Shown: positions 44,645-54,203, counted from the stretch's first letter. The stretch is 64,000 nucleotides of DNA from Bacteroidales bacterium (GCA_963556065.3 CAUVYH020000001.1:8446-72445); one strand, 5' to 3'. Numbers and translations: made by a program. Notes: a model not told the origin generated them from the sequence alone.

Positions 44645-45760
44645 ATGCAGATAAAACCATTCAAGCTGGAGCGTTATTTCGCCAAATACGAGTTTAGCAC
44701 CAAATACCTGCTGTCGAGTTCCGATTGCGACGGCTATTCCATGGAATCGGTCCTAAATTGCGCCACGGCGGAAGAAAAAGCGCAGTGGGACTCCATCACC
44801 CTCGGATACACCGATTCTCAGGGCGGATTGCCGTTGCGAGAAGCCATTGCACGGCAATATCAAACCATTACTCCCGAAGAGGTGTTTGTGCTCTCCCCCG
44901 GCGAAGCCAACTTCATCCTGATGAACGTGATGCTCAAACGCGGCGATCACGTGGTCTGCATGGCTCCCGCGTACCAGTCGCTGTATCAGGTGTGCAAGAG
45001 CATCGGTTGCAACATCGACTGGTGGAAACCTGACCATGAAGAGGCTTGGGATTACTCCCCTGAAACGCTGAAAACGCTGATCACCGACAAGACCAAACTG
45101 CTGATTGTCAACTTTCCGCACAATCCCACCGGATTCATCCCGACGCGAAGCCAATTGGACGAGATCATTGCCATTGCTCGGGCGAAAAACATCCTGATCT
45201 TTTCAGATGAAATGTATCATCAGTTAGTGCATGAACCTTCCCTTCAAATCCCCTCCATCTGCGACCTGTACGAAAACAGCATCACCCTCTGGGGAATGGC
45301 CAAATCGTTTGGCATGGCCGGTTTGCGGCTGGGTTGGGTGGCGACCAAAAACCGGGAACTGTTGCAAAAAATGATGCAGTTTAAAGACTACCTTTCCATC
45401 TGCAACAACCCGATGTCCGAAACTTTATCCTTGATCGCACTCAATCATAAGGAGCAGTTTATCCAGCCAAACATCACAAAAATTATCCGAAATAAAGCCG
45501 TTTTTAATGACTTCGTTCGTAAATCTGGAGGATTTTTACACTATGCCCAACCCATCGCCGGTTCTACGGCTTTTGTGAAAATAAACACGCCCAAAGCCTT
45601 GGATTACAGCGAAAAACTGGTCCAAGAAACGGGCATCATGCTGGTGCCTTCGGAGATGTTTGAATACGGCAATCAACACCTTCGAATTGGCTTTGGACGG
45701 GAAAACATGCCTGAAGGACTAACGGTTTGGAAAAATTATTTAGATAAAATAGAAAAATAA
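44645..45760 (+). CDS. Class I/II PLP-dependent aminotransferase
   Basis: 371 aa. NFPHNPTG, SDEMY and the PLP-lysine context MAKSFGMAGLRLGW. Confidence 0.9.
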   Translation: MQIKPFKLERYFAKYEFSTKYLLSSSDCDGYSMESVLNCATAEEKAQWDSITLGYTDSQGGLPLREAIARQYQTITPEEVFVLSPGEANFILMNVMLKRGDHVVCMAPAYQSLYQVCKSIGCNIDWWKPDHEEAWDYSPETLKTLITDKTKLLIVNFPHNPTGFIPTRSQLDEIIAIARAKNILIFSDEMYHQLVHEPSLQIPSICDLYENSITLWGMAKSFGMAGLRLGWVATKNRELLQKMMQFKDYLSICNNPMSETLSLIALNHKEQFIQPNITKIIRNKAVFNDFVRKSGGFLHYAQPIAGSTAFVKINTPKALDYSEKLVQETGIMLVPSEMFEYGNQHLRIGFGRENMPEGLTVWKNYLDKIEK

Positions 45761-45901
45761 TCAAGGGGAATATGTTAAATATTAAAATAGTAAATTATTT
45801 TTCAATATTTTTGCTTCTGAAAATCAATAAATTTAAAACTTTGCCTATGTAATATGTTTTCAACTTAATTTCAGATTTAAAATATAGCGTTAAGCCCAAT
45901 T

Positions 45902-46019
45902 CTGTGCCTAAAATCGACCAAATTTAATGCATCACAGAGAGTTAAGCAAAACGCCACGTCAAAGCGTGGTTGTTGCTTTACATTTGTGATGCGGGTTCTT
46001 GGTCGAACCTTAGGTACAG
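45902..46019 (+). ncRNA. Candidate structured RNA or extragenic palindrome (118-nt rod-like hairpin)
   Basis: Stems 45902-11/46010-19 (10 bp, one G.U), 45914-21/45999-46006 (8 bp), 45929-36/45985-92 (8 bp) and 45944-58/45965-78 (about 13 bp), with apical loop TCAAAG. The G.U pairs only work on the plus strand. No family recognised. Confidence 0.3.
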
Positions 46020-46156
46020 TGTGACAATGATCACGCTGTTTTAATTTCTCTTAAAATTGAAGATGGAACTCAATTAAAAAAACATGCCTCTCTCATTAGG
46101 GTTAGACAATGAGCGGATAATCGGAAAAACCTTACTATTCAATAATAAATAATTAA

Positions 46157-47794
46157 ATGAAAAAACACACAACTGTAATATTTATTCTTGCATACATGAT
46201 TTGCGGAGTGAATCAATTGAATGCGCAAAATCCTTCTTGGAAATGGGCATTTGGCTTTGGAGGAGCTGGTGGTGATGGCGCACATGCAATTACGACAGAC
46301 AAAACCGGAAATACTATTTTTACAGGAACTTCTGCTTCTGAACAATATACTTTTGGCTCTTTCGACTTTAATCCACCAACCGGATGTGGTGGTGAAATGT
46401 TTATTGTTAAAAGTGATTCCATCGGAAATATTCTTTGGGTTAAAAACTATACCGGAATGGGAAATACAGAATGGCCACAGACAATAAATTGTGATTCCAT
46501 TGGCAACATTTACATTGGTGGATATTTTGATAGTAATAAATTTATAATTGGCAATGACACCTTAATTAATATGGAACCTTTTTATTATCGAGATATCTAT
46601 TTATTGAAATTAGACCCAAATGGTGACCCAATTTGGTCAAAACGATGGGGCGGATCTAAAACAGAAGAACTAAATCACATGGCTTTAGATAACTTGGGAA
46701 ATATCTATATTACAGGGTTGTTTAGAAGCGATTCCATTGCCTTTGGAAACATCATTGTTGAAAAATATGACACGACAATAAACAACCCTAATGACCATGA
46801 TTTTTATGTTGCTAAAATTAGTCCACAAGGCATTCCATTATGGGCACATTCGTATGGTGGAGACTATATTACCGAATGTAACGCCATTGTTGTTGACCAA
46901 AACAATAATGCATTTATTGCTGGAAACTTTCAGTGTGACAGTTTGCGGTTTGGTGATACTACTTTTTACAATGATGAATATATAGCACCATTTATGGTAA
47001 AATTTGATGCTTCTGGAAATATTATTTGGGCAAATCATAAAAAAATAACTCAATCTTTAAAATATAACAATATGACCATTGACAATAACGGGAAATTATA
47101 TGTTATTGGTGATGCATATTTTAATGTTAATATTGGTGGATCATCTATAAATTCAAAGATTTTTCTAGCAGGATTTGATAATAATGGTAATGAATTATGG
47201 GGCAAAGGAATATGTAATAGAGGTACCTCCGAAGAAATTTTATCCATTGATTCACATAATGACATTATCGTCTCTTTTAGTGGGTTTTCTTCAATAGCAG
47301 ATTCTTTGTCTTTGCCCGATAGCCTCGACTTATTTCTAATAAAATATAGCAATATTGGAGACAAAGTCTGGGCTACCAACTATGGAAATGCTTGGAATTT
47401 TTGCTACGGTATGGCTTTGAACAATAATTCTATATATTTAGCTGGCAAATATGGTGGCGACATGGTTTACGGTGATTCTATACTCGTTGGTGGAGCAGCT
47501 GATATTTTTGTGGCAAAACTTAATGGTGGAGGTTCTTCTGGAATTTATGAAAATACCACAAATTCTACGCTGTTTTTATATCCAAATCCTTCAAATGGTC
47601 AATTTATCATTAAAAATCCTTTAAACACAATTGAAATTTACGATTTTAAAGGCACTCTTTTACATAGGGAAACTGGTGTTTGCCAAACAGAAAAACAGAT
47701 TGACCTTTCTGGGCTTTCAAAAGGGTTATACTTTGTAAAATCGTATGACCAATCTGGTTTAAAACAATCTGTTCAAAAAGTAATTATAAATTAA
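46157..47794 (+). CDS. T9SS-secreted SBBP-like beta-propeller repeat protein
   Basis: Signal peptide. Repeats such as IGNILWVKNY, NGDPIWSKRWGG, QGIPLWAHSYGG, SGNIIWANH, GNELWGKG, GDKVWATNYG. C-terminus LFLYPNPSNGQFIIKN...GLYFVKSYDQSGLKQSVQKVIIN. Confidence 0.75.
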   Translation: MKKHTTVIFILAYMICGVNQLNAQNPSWKWAFGFGGAGGDGAHAITTDKTGNTIFTGTSASEQYTFGSFDFNPPTGCGGEMFIVKSDSIGNILWVKNYTGMGNTEWPQTINCDSIGNIYIGGYFDSNKFIIGNDTLINMEPFYYRDIYLLKLDPNGDPIWSKRWGGSKTEELNHMALDNLGNIYITGLFRSDSIAFGNIIVEKYDTTINNPNDHDFYVAKISPQGIPLWAHSYGGDYITECNAIVVDQNNNAFIAGNFQCDSLRFGDTTFYNDEYIAPFMVKFDASGNIIWANHKKITQSLKYNNMTIDNNGKLYVIGDAYFNVNIGGSSINSKIFLAGFDNNGNELWGKGICNRGTSEEILSIDSHNDIIVSFSGFSSIADSLSLPDSLDLFLIKYSNIGDKVWATNYGNAWNFCYGMALNNNSIYLAGKYGGDMVYGDSILVGGAADIFVAKLNGGGSSGIYENTTNSTLFLYPNPSNGQFIIKNPLNTIEIYDFKGTLLHRETGVCQTEKQIDLSGLSKGLYFVKSYDQSGLKQSVQKVIIN

Positions 47795-47804
47795 AATCAA
47801 AATA

Positions 47805-48419
47805 ATGAAAAAATCAATCTTTACAATTATTGCAATTTTATTAGCCTTAAATTGCTTTTCACAAATTCCTTCAAAATGGACAAAAGAAGATCGGAATAAC
47901 CTGTATGGTGAATGTATTAACAGCGTTTCCATATATACAACTGTAAATAAAGACCAAAAAGAGAGTATCTGCCTTTGTTACATTGAAGAGCTAACAAAAA
48001 AATACACGAAAGAGGAATATAACTCAAAAATTGATATTGAGCTTAAAAGAATATTAGAAGCCATATTAAGCCAATGCTCTAAAAATATTGGAGTAGATTT
48101 GGTAGTTAAGAAAGAAGAACCAAAAGTAGAAGTAGAAAAAGGTTCATTTCAAAAATCAAGTTTTATTGGGTCTTGGACAAGTGAAGATGGAGAATATACT
48201 TTTTATGACGATGGGGAATTTAAGATTAAATCTCCTAAACATGATTCTCAGGCTAGAGGGAAATGGTTTTTAAACGAGAAAAATTTATTACTAAAAGACA
48301 CTGAGACCTTCTTTCAATGGGGTAGCGATGAATTTGAAATTGTAAGTATTAGTAGCAGTGAAATTGTAATGATAAAAGCCGCTTATAAAAAAACGGTTCA
48401 TTTCAAAAAGAAACAATAG
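47805..48419 (+). CDS. Hypothetical secreted protein
   Basis: Signal peptide MKKSIFTIIAILLALNCFSQ. No recognisable domain. Confidence 0.55.
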   Translation: MKKSIFTIIAILLALNCFSQIPSKWTKEDRNNLYGECINSVSIYTTVNKDQKESICLCYIEELTKKYTKEEYNSKIDIELKRILEAILSQCSKNIGVDLVVKKEEPKVEVEKGSFQKSSFIGSWTSEDGEYTFYDDGEFKIKSPKHDSQARGKWFLNEKNLLLKDTETFFQWGSDEFEIVSISSSEIVMIKAAYKKTVHFKKKQ

Positions 48420-48500
48420 GAGTATTCTGAAAATCCTCAAACAGAGTAATATGTGGAAGCCGAAAAACAGAAGAGTAGGCAAAAAATAAAAAACAATATT

Positions 48501-49037
48501 ATGAGAAAATTACGAATTTTAGTTATGGCTATTATTAGCTTTGTTACCTTTAGTGCAAGCGCACAAATTGGAATTGGCGGTACCGTTGGACTTACCCTGC
48601 CCATGGGCGATTTTGGCAACGGATTGAATACCGGTTTCGGGTTTAATGCCATTGGCAAATACAGCCTTTCCGACAATATGGCGATCGGTGCATCTGTAGG
48701 GTATTCCTCCTTTGGCACCGGTTCCGATAACTTATCTTTCGGCGTGATTCCTATCACCGGTTTGTTTGAATATTCTTTCGGGAGTGGCGCGTTCAAACCT
48801 TATCTGGGATCGGATTTGGGCTTATACATGTTCCGTACTAAAGTTACTTTTTTTGGAAATTCATCCAGTTCATCCGATACTTACTTTGGTTTTGCCCCGA
48901 CAGCCGGTGTCATCTACGACTTTAAAAGCAACCTCTCCTTTTGTGGGAATTTAAAATACAATTTTGTAATGTCCGACAACTCAAATTCAACCTGGTTGGG
49001 CATTAATGCGGGGGTGATTTTTAAGTTAGGAAAATAA
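48501..49037 (+). CDS. Small outer-membrane beta-barrel (OmpW/porin-like) protein
   Basis: The track start at 48453 is GTG; ATG 48501 gives MRKLRILVMAIISFVTFSASAQ. Gly/aromatic-rich amphipathic strands. C-terminus GINAGVIFKLGK. Confidence 0.7.
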   Translation: MRKLRILVMAIISFVTFSASAQIGIGGTVGLTLPMGDFGNGLNTGFGFNAIGKYSLSDNMAIGASVGYSSFGTGSDNLSFGVIPITGLFEYSFGSGAFKPYLGSDLGLYMFRTKVTFFGNSSSSSDTYFGFAPTAGVIYDFKSNLSFCGNLKYNFVMSDNSNSTWLGINAGVIFKLGK

Positions 49038-49055
49038 TAATTTGGAGCTGCAGCT

Positions 49056-49092
49056 AAAAGCCCGTCAGAACAAATTCTGACGGGCTTTTTTA
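49056..49092. terminator. Bidirectional Rho-independent terminator
   Basis: AGCCCGTCAGAA-CAAA-TTCTGACGGGCT (12-bp stem) with flanking A4 and T6 runs, between convergent genes. Confidence 0.8.
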
Positions 49093-49175
49093 TTCTTAAT
49101 CAATTTCATTGTAATGCCAATACCCCATTATGGAAAATTGTTTCTGGAGTTTTAGAATGATTCCTTTTGCTGCAA

Positions 49176-49811
49176 TTAATTCATTAAATCCGAGGATAAT
49201 AATCCGCTTAAAAAGTTTTTTGTATTATCCGAAGCACGAGTCGGGATATTTTGGTTGATTTCTGGCAGGTTTAAATCACCGGCCAACGCCCCAATTTGAT
49301 ATTTGAGAATGGGGGCAATTTTAGTGGCAAGGTCGTTTCCGTCAACCATTTGCTGAAAGATATATTTACCTACTAGTTTATGTGTCGATAAATTAATATT
49401 TCCCGATACCACAACGGGCTTGATTTCATTCTTTAAAATAGTAACGGCTCCCGTTGATGTTTGAATTGGAGTGTTCGTTAGGTTATTCATAATTAAGTTA
49501 ACAACCATTCCCTGAAACGCAGCATCAGTAGCCCCTGATTTAGTGTTGTTTGCTTTTAAATATGTTGCAAATCCAATCGTATAATTTGCCAGATTCGAAT
49601 ACAATGCTTCGTTCTGAGCACGAAGTTCAGCAAACGACTGTCCACTTAAAGCGCCTTCCGGCAAGCTGACATTCAAGGCAACGCTATCGTACGACAATGT
49701 AACGTCTTTTAATGCTTCTACCTTCTGTGCATCGGTAACTTCCTTTTTGCAAGATGTATTAAAAACGGCTATCAATGCCAATACCGCTATAATTAATGTG
49801 ATTTTCTTCAT
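49176..49811 (-). CDS. Hypothetical lipoprotein
   Basis: MKKITLIIAVLALIAVFNTSCKKE lipobox. Lies downstream of sufD. Confidence 0.6.
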   Translation of the reverse strand: MKKITLIIAVLALIAVFNTSCKKEVTDAQKVEALKDVTLSYDSVALNVSLPEGALSGQSFAELRAQNEALYSNLANYTIGFATYLKANNTKSGATDAAFQGMVVNLIMNNLTNTPIQTSTGAVTILKNEIKPVVVSGNINLSTHKLVGKYIFQQMVDGNDLATKIAPILKYQIGALAGDLNLPEINQNIPTRASDNTKNFLSGLLSSDLMN

Positions 49812-49855
49812 ACTTTTTGTTTTTTTATAAAATTACTAAAATATCCTTTAGGAAA

Positions 49856-51253
49856 TTAAATCTTCGATAAATCAATTTCAAAATCCAGATGTGTCTCATC
49901 GGAGCAGTGCAATACACATTGGTCGCAGATGGTCAGTTCGCCGCTGAGGCGTTTGGAAACCATGTTGTCGAGCCGTTCTCTTAATGCCTCAATTTTTACA
50001 TGATTCACTACATCCATGGCAAAAGCATAGAGAAGCAACATGCGTGCATTGCGTTCGCAGATTCCACGCGAGCGAAGATAGAATAGGGCATCGGGATCAA
50101 GTTGCCCAACCGTGGCTCCATGGCTGCATTTTACATCGTCGGCATAGATTTCCAGAAACGGTTTGGTGTTCACTTCCGCCGTGTCGGTGAGCGCGATGTT
50201 CTTATTCGACTGAAAGGCTTCCGTCTTTTGAGCATCGCGGTGCACAATTACGTGTCCATTAAACGAGCCTTTTGCCTCATCGTCGATAATTCCCTTAAAA
50301 AGTTGATTGCTTCTTCCGTGCGGCTTTAAATGATGTACCAGTACATAATTATCCACCTTTTGGTTGCCATCCACCAGGTAAAGTCCGCGAATATCGGCTT
50401 CGCAATTCACGCCGTCTAGTTTCACAATGGTGTTGGTGCGCGACACCCCGGCATTAAAGGTAATGGTATTCGAGGTAAACCGGCTGTTATCAGTCTGTTG
50501 GACATAAACATTATTGATCAGCACCGACTTGTTATCCTTATTTTCCAGTTTATAATATTCCACATCGGCGTTCTCCCCTACTGCAATCTCGGTAACCGTG
50601 TTGATGAAGGTCTGTCCGAACTTGATGGAATCGTCGCAATGCACGATTTTTAGGGAAGAGTTTTGTCCGGTTATGATTAAATTCCGGGATTGGATTAACA
50701 GGTCCTGAGTGGTATTTACCAAACTGACTACCTGCATTGGCTTTGTAAAACATACATTTTCAGGAACATAAATAAAAAATCCATCTTGCATAAACGCAGT
50801 ATTCAGTGCCGACATGGGGTTATGCTCGTCCTGACTGTATTTGCCCAAGTGTGCATTTACAATTTCCGGATACTCCTCCCGAGCTTTGGCCAGACTGCCG
50901 ACAATGGTTCCATCCGGAAATTCGGTCAATGGAGCCTTTTTATGCACGTACCAGCCATTGAGAAGGGTAAACATGTAAGTATCCAGATTGTTGACCTTGC
51001 AGGTAAAATAGCTCTCTACCGGGTTGTATGGCTCCGCTTCGAGCGAAATATCATATTTTTGGTTGATGATTTTCCTGAAATCGGTGTTTTTCCATTGCTC
51101 CATACTGTGATTCGGAAATCCTTGAGCCATAAACTGCTCCATACTTTTTTCGCGGATTTCCTTCAAGTCCCGATTGTCAAGGCAAGACAAGGTCTCTATA
51201 TTCTTGTGATAAAACTCTATCAGATGATTTTTTAAATCAAAAGCTTGTTCCAT
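49856..51253 (-). CDS. sufD: Fe-S cluster assembly protein SufD
   Basis: 465 aa. C-terminal beta-helix region with EIYADDVKCSHGATVGQLD...LFYLRSRGI. Position after sufB-sufC. Confidence 0.9.
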   Translation of the reverse strand: MEQAFDLKNHLIEFYHKNIETLSCLDNRDLKEIREKSMEQFMAQGFPNHSMEQWKNTDFRKIINQKYDISLEAEPYNPVESYFTCKVNNLDTYMFTLLNGWYVHKKAPLTEFPDGTIVGSLAKAREEYPEIVNAHLGKYSQDEHNPMSALNTAFMQDGFFIYVPENVCFTKPMQVVSLVNTTQDLLIQSRNLIITGQNSSLKIVHCDDSIKFGQTFINTVTEIAVGENADVEYYKLENKDNKSVLINNVYVQQTDNSRFTSNTITFNAGVSRTNTIVKLDGVNCEADIRGLYLVDGNQKVDNYVLVHHLKPHGRSNQLFKGIIDDEAKGSFNGHVIVHRDAQKTEAFQSNKNIALTDTAEVNTKPFLEIYADDVKCSHGATVGQLDPDALFYLRSRGICERNARMLLLYAFAMDVVNHVKIEALRERLDNMVSKRLSGELTICDQCVLHCSDETHLDFEIDLSKI

Positions 51254-51346
51254 ATTGTGTTAATTTTGAGAAGTTCACCCCAATAAATTCAGAATAAACA
51301 TTTTTTAAGTTGTCAGTCTGAGTTTATCGAAGACCTTTCTGTTAAT

Positions 51347-52108
51347 TTATTTGTTCAGTTCCTCTTTAATCCAGTCATATCCCTTTTCTTCGAGTTCTAA
51401 AGCCAGTTCTTTGGTTCCGGTTTTGACAATTTTTCCTTCATAAAGAATATGGACGAAATCGGGCACGATGTAATCCAGCAAACGCTGATAGTGGGTGATT
51501 ACGATGGTTGCATTGTCTTTGGAACGAAGTTTTTGCACTCCGGTAGCGACAATTCTCAGCGCATCGATATCCAACCCGGAATCCGTCTCGTCTAAAATTG
51601 CCAATTCCGGCTCCAGCATGGCCATCTGGAAGATCTCATTTCTTTTCTTCTCCCCGCCCGAAAAACCTTCGTTCACGGAACGGTTGGTAAGTTTAGCCTG
51701 AATTTCCACAATTTTTTTCTTCTCTTCCATCAGTGCGAGGAACTCTGCCGCAGTAAGCACTTCTTTGCCTTTATACTTGCGGATTTCATTAACCGCAGTC
51801 CGCATAAAGTTGGTAATGCTTACCCCAGGAATTTCCACCGGATATTGAAACCCGAGGAAAACTCCTTCACGGGCACGGTCCTCCACCGACATTTCCAACA
51901 AGTTCTTGCCATTGTAAAGTACGGTTCCCTGAGTGACCTCAAAAATATCCTTGCCGGCAATCACCGAAGCCAACGTGCTTTTCCCGGTTCCGTTGGGTCC
52001 CATAATCGCATGAACTTCTCCATGGTTCACGGTGAGGTTAATCCCTTTTAATATTTCTTTATCTTTCCCCCTAATCCCAGCATGTAAATCTTTTATTTCG
52101 AGTAACAT
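51347..52108 (-). CDS. sufC: Fe-S cluster assembly ATPase SufC
   Basis: Walker A GPNGTGKST, ABC signature FSGGEKKR, Walker B LAILDETDSGLD. Confidence 0.95.
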   Translation of the reverse strand: MLLEIKDLHAGIRGKDKEILKGINLTVNHGEVHAIMGPNGTGKSTLASVIAGKDIFEVTQGTVLYNGKNLLEMSVEDRAREGVFLGFQYPVEIPGVSITNFMRTAVNEIRKYKGKEVLTAAEFLALMEEKKKIVEIQAKLTNRSVNEGFSGGEKKRNEIFQMAMLEPELAILDETDSGLDIDALRIVATGVQKLRSKDNATIVITHYQRLLDYIVPDFVHILYEGKIVKTGTKELALELEEKGYDWIKEELNK

Positions 52109-52294
52109 ATCTTTAATTGTTTTATTGTTTATATCTATTTTATTCTATTTTTATATTAATGAAGGTTGCTGTTGGCTTTCAACTTTATAGATCCCGTAAA
52201 ACCAGAAATCTCCGATTTCATAGTTTTACGAGGATCCTCGAAAAATCACAAAAATCATAGATTTTTTATTTTTCGGGGCTTTATAGACTTTCTC

Positions 52295-53740
52295 CTACCC
52301 CACGCTTCCTTCCAAACTGATTGCCAAAAGTTTTTGAGCTTCCACAGCAAATTCCATGGGTAACTTATTCAGTACCTCCTTTGCATAGCCATTTACAATC
52401 AAGCCTATAGCGCTTTCAGTATCAATTCCACGTTGATTGCAATAGAAAAGCTGATCTTCGGATATTTTTGACGTTGTAGCCTCATGTTCAACAATCGATG
52501 ATTTATTCTCACTCTTGATGTATGGCCAAGTATGGGCACCACATTTATCGCCCATCAGCAGGGAGTCGCATTGGGAAAAATTTCGTGAATTTTCAGCTGC
52601 CTTTCCCATTCTTACCAAACCCCGATAGCTATTATTGCTTCGTCCGGCAGAAATTCCCTTTGAGATGATGGTGCTTTTGGTGTTTCTTCCTAAATGGATC
52701 ATTTTAGAACCGGTATCGGCCTGCTGATAATTATTAGTCACGGCCACCGAGTAAAACTCCCCTACCGAGTTGTCCCCGAGTAAGATGCAACTGGGATACT
52801 TCCATGTAACCGCAGATCCAGTTTCCACCTGCGTCCACGAAATTTTCGAGTTCGCTCCCTTGCAAATGCCTCGTTTGGTCACTAAATTGAAAATTCCCCC
52901 CTTGCCCGTTTTATCACCCGGGTACCAGTTTTGAACGGTTGAGTATTTTATTTCGGCATCTTTCATAGCCACCAATTCAACTACGGCAGCATGCAATTGA
53001 TTTTCATCACGTTGAGGAGCGGTACATCCTTCCATATAACTTACGTATGCACCCTCGTCAGCAATCAGTAGTGTGCGCTCAAACTGTCCCGTATTAGCGG
53101 CATTAATTCTGAAATAGGTGGACAATTCAATGGGACAACGTACTCCTTTTGGAATATAACAAAACGAACCATCGGTGAATACGGCCGAATTCAGCGTGGC
53201 AAAGAAGTTATCACCGACAGGAACAACAGAGGCCATATATTTTTTCACCAATTCGGGGTGTTCTTGAATCGCCTCGCTAAGCGAACAAAAAATGATTCCT
53301 TGTTTGGCAAGAGTCTCGGTAAATGTAGTTTTCACCGAAACGCTATCAATAACTGCATCTACAGCAACTCCACTCAATATTTTCTGCTCTTCAAGCGAAA
53401 TACCAAGCTTATTGAAGGTATCCAGTAATTCAGGATCGACCTCATCCAAACTTTGTTTTTCCTTCTTTTTAGGAGCAGAATAATAAATGATATCCTGATA
53501 ATTAGGCGATTGAAAAGTAAGATGCGCCCAATGAGGCTCTTTCATTTCTAACCACTTCCTATATGCTTTCAGCCTAAATTCGAGCATCCATTCCGGTTCA
53601 TTCTTTTTAGCAGAAATAAAGCGAATAATATCTTCATTCAATCCCTTCGGTGCCGAATCAGTTTCAATATTCGTGAAAAATCCATATTTATAATCACTTT
53701 CGGTTACATCACGCAAAATATCGTTGTTATCTTCAACCAT
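52295..53740 (-). CDS. sufB: Fe-S cluster assembly scaffold SufB
   Basis: 481 aa. Typical SufB segments ([34 protein letters not shown]). Confidence 0.95.
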   Translation of the reverse strand: MVEDNNDILRDVTESDYKYGFFTNIETDSAPKGLNEDIIRFISAKKNEPEWMLEFRLKAYRKWLEMKEPHWAHLTFQSPNYQDIIYYSAPKKKEKQSLDEVDPELLDTFNKLGISLEEQKILSGVAVDAVIDSVSVKTTFTETLAKQGIIFCSLSEAIQEHPELVKKYMASVVPVGDNFFATLNSAVFTDGSFCYIPKGVRCPIELSTYFRINAANTGQFERTLLIADEGAYVSYMEGCTAPQRDENQLHAAVVELVAMKDAEIKYSTVQNWYPGDKTGKGGIFNLVTKRGICKGANSKISWTQVETGSAVTWKYPSCILLGDNSVGEFYSVAVTNNYQQADTGSKMIHLGRNTKSTIISKGISAGRSNNSYRGLVRMGKAAENSRNFSQCDSLLMGDKCGAHTWPYIKSENKSSIVEHEATTSKISEDQLFYCNQRGIDTESAIGLIVNGYAKEVLNKLPMEFAVEAQKLLAISLEGSVG

Positions 53741-53964
53741 TCTTGTTGTAATTTAGATTAATTTGAAATACTACATACAAAAGTAAAAAAAGTTCTGTTG
53801 CCCCCATAATAAATTTTATCAATTTAGCCGTTTTATGTAATAATTGTTACACAAAAGATCTTTTATATAATTTTATTTTGTTAAGAAAAAAAATTAGACA
53901 CCCAAGCTTAATTAGAAACAATCTAATCTATAAAACGTTTATTACAAACTTAAGCAACACAACA

Positions 53965-54054
53965 ATGAAAACAAAAGAAGTATATTTGTGGTTGGTTTAT
54001 CTCGGAATTATGGCCATAATTATCTCGTTAAGTTATATTCTCAGATCTTTATAA
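53965..54054 (+). CDS. Possible 29-aa hydrophobic peptide (unverified small ORF)
   Basis: ATG...TAA encodes MKTKEVYLWLVYLGIMAIIISLSYILRSL (one TM helix). A strong terminator follows 22 nt downstream. There is no other support. Confidence 0.25.
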   Translation: MKTKEVYLWLVYLGIMAIIISLSYILRSL

Positions 54055-54075
54055 GACTATAAAACGACATAAATC

Positions 54076-54112
54076 AAAAAAAGAGCTGAAAATTAGATTT
54101 TCAGCTCTTTTT
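54076..54112. terminator. Bidirectional Rho-independent terminator
   Basis: A-run, then AGAGCTGAAAA-TTAGA-TTTTCAGCTCT (11-bp stem), then a T-run. Closes the tRNA / GIY-YIG unit on the minus strand. Confidence 0.75.
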
Positions 54113-54124
54113 AATTAAAACCTA

Positions 54125-54203
54125 AGTGATCCTACCAGGAATTCCTGCCTGACTGCTGACGCTGTCGGCAGGCAGGGAACCTGAATCTAAAGTTTAGGAA
54201 ACT
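54125..54203 (-). repeat. Duplicated 3' half of tRNA-Arg (anticodon stem to acceptor end) carrying a 34-nt hairpin in place of the T-loop centre
   Basis: agtgatcctaccaggaat (54125-42) is identical to 54452-69. gaacctgaatctaaagtttaggaaact (54177-203) matches 54471-97 at 25 of 27 positions. The inserted tcctgcctgactgctgacgctgtcggcaggcagg (54143-76) has an 8-bp stem CCTGCCTG/CAGGCAGG. Confidence 0.75.

Noticed and set aside
45902-46019. Tested whether the rod-like hairpin is a tRNA, SRP RNA, RNase P RNA or terminator
   Set aside because: It has no T-loop/D-loop consensus, no GGAA-tetraloop/AGCA SRP motifs, no RNase P GGAAAGTCC box and no trailing U-run. It is kept only as an unclassified structure.
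51254-51346. Short hairpin (GTCT...AGAC) in the sufD-sufC spacer, resembling dispersed Bacteroidetes REP-like CTGAG..TCGAAG motifs
   Set aside because: The stem is only 4 bp, and my recollection of the repeat family is unverified. There is not enough evidence to call a feature.
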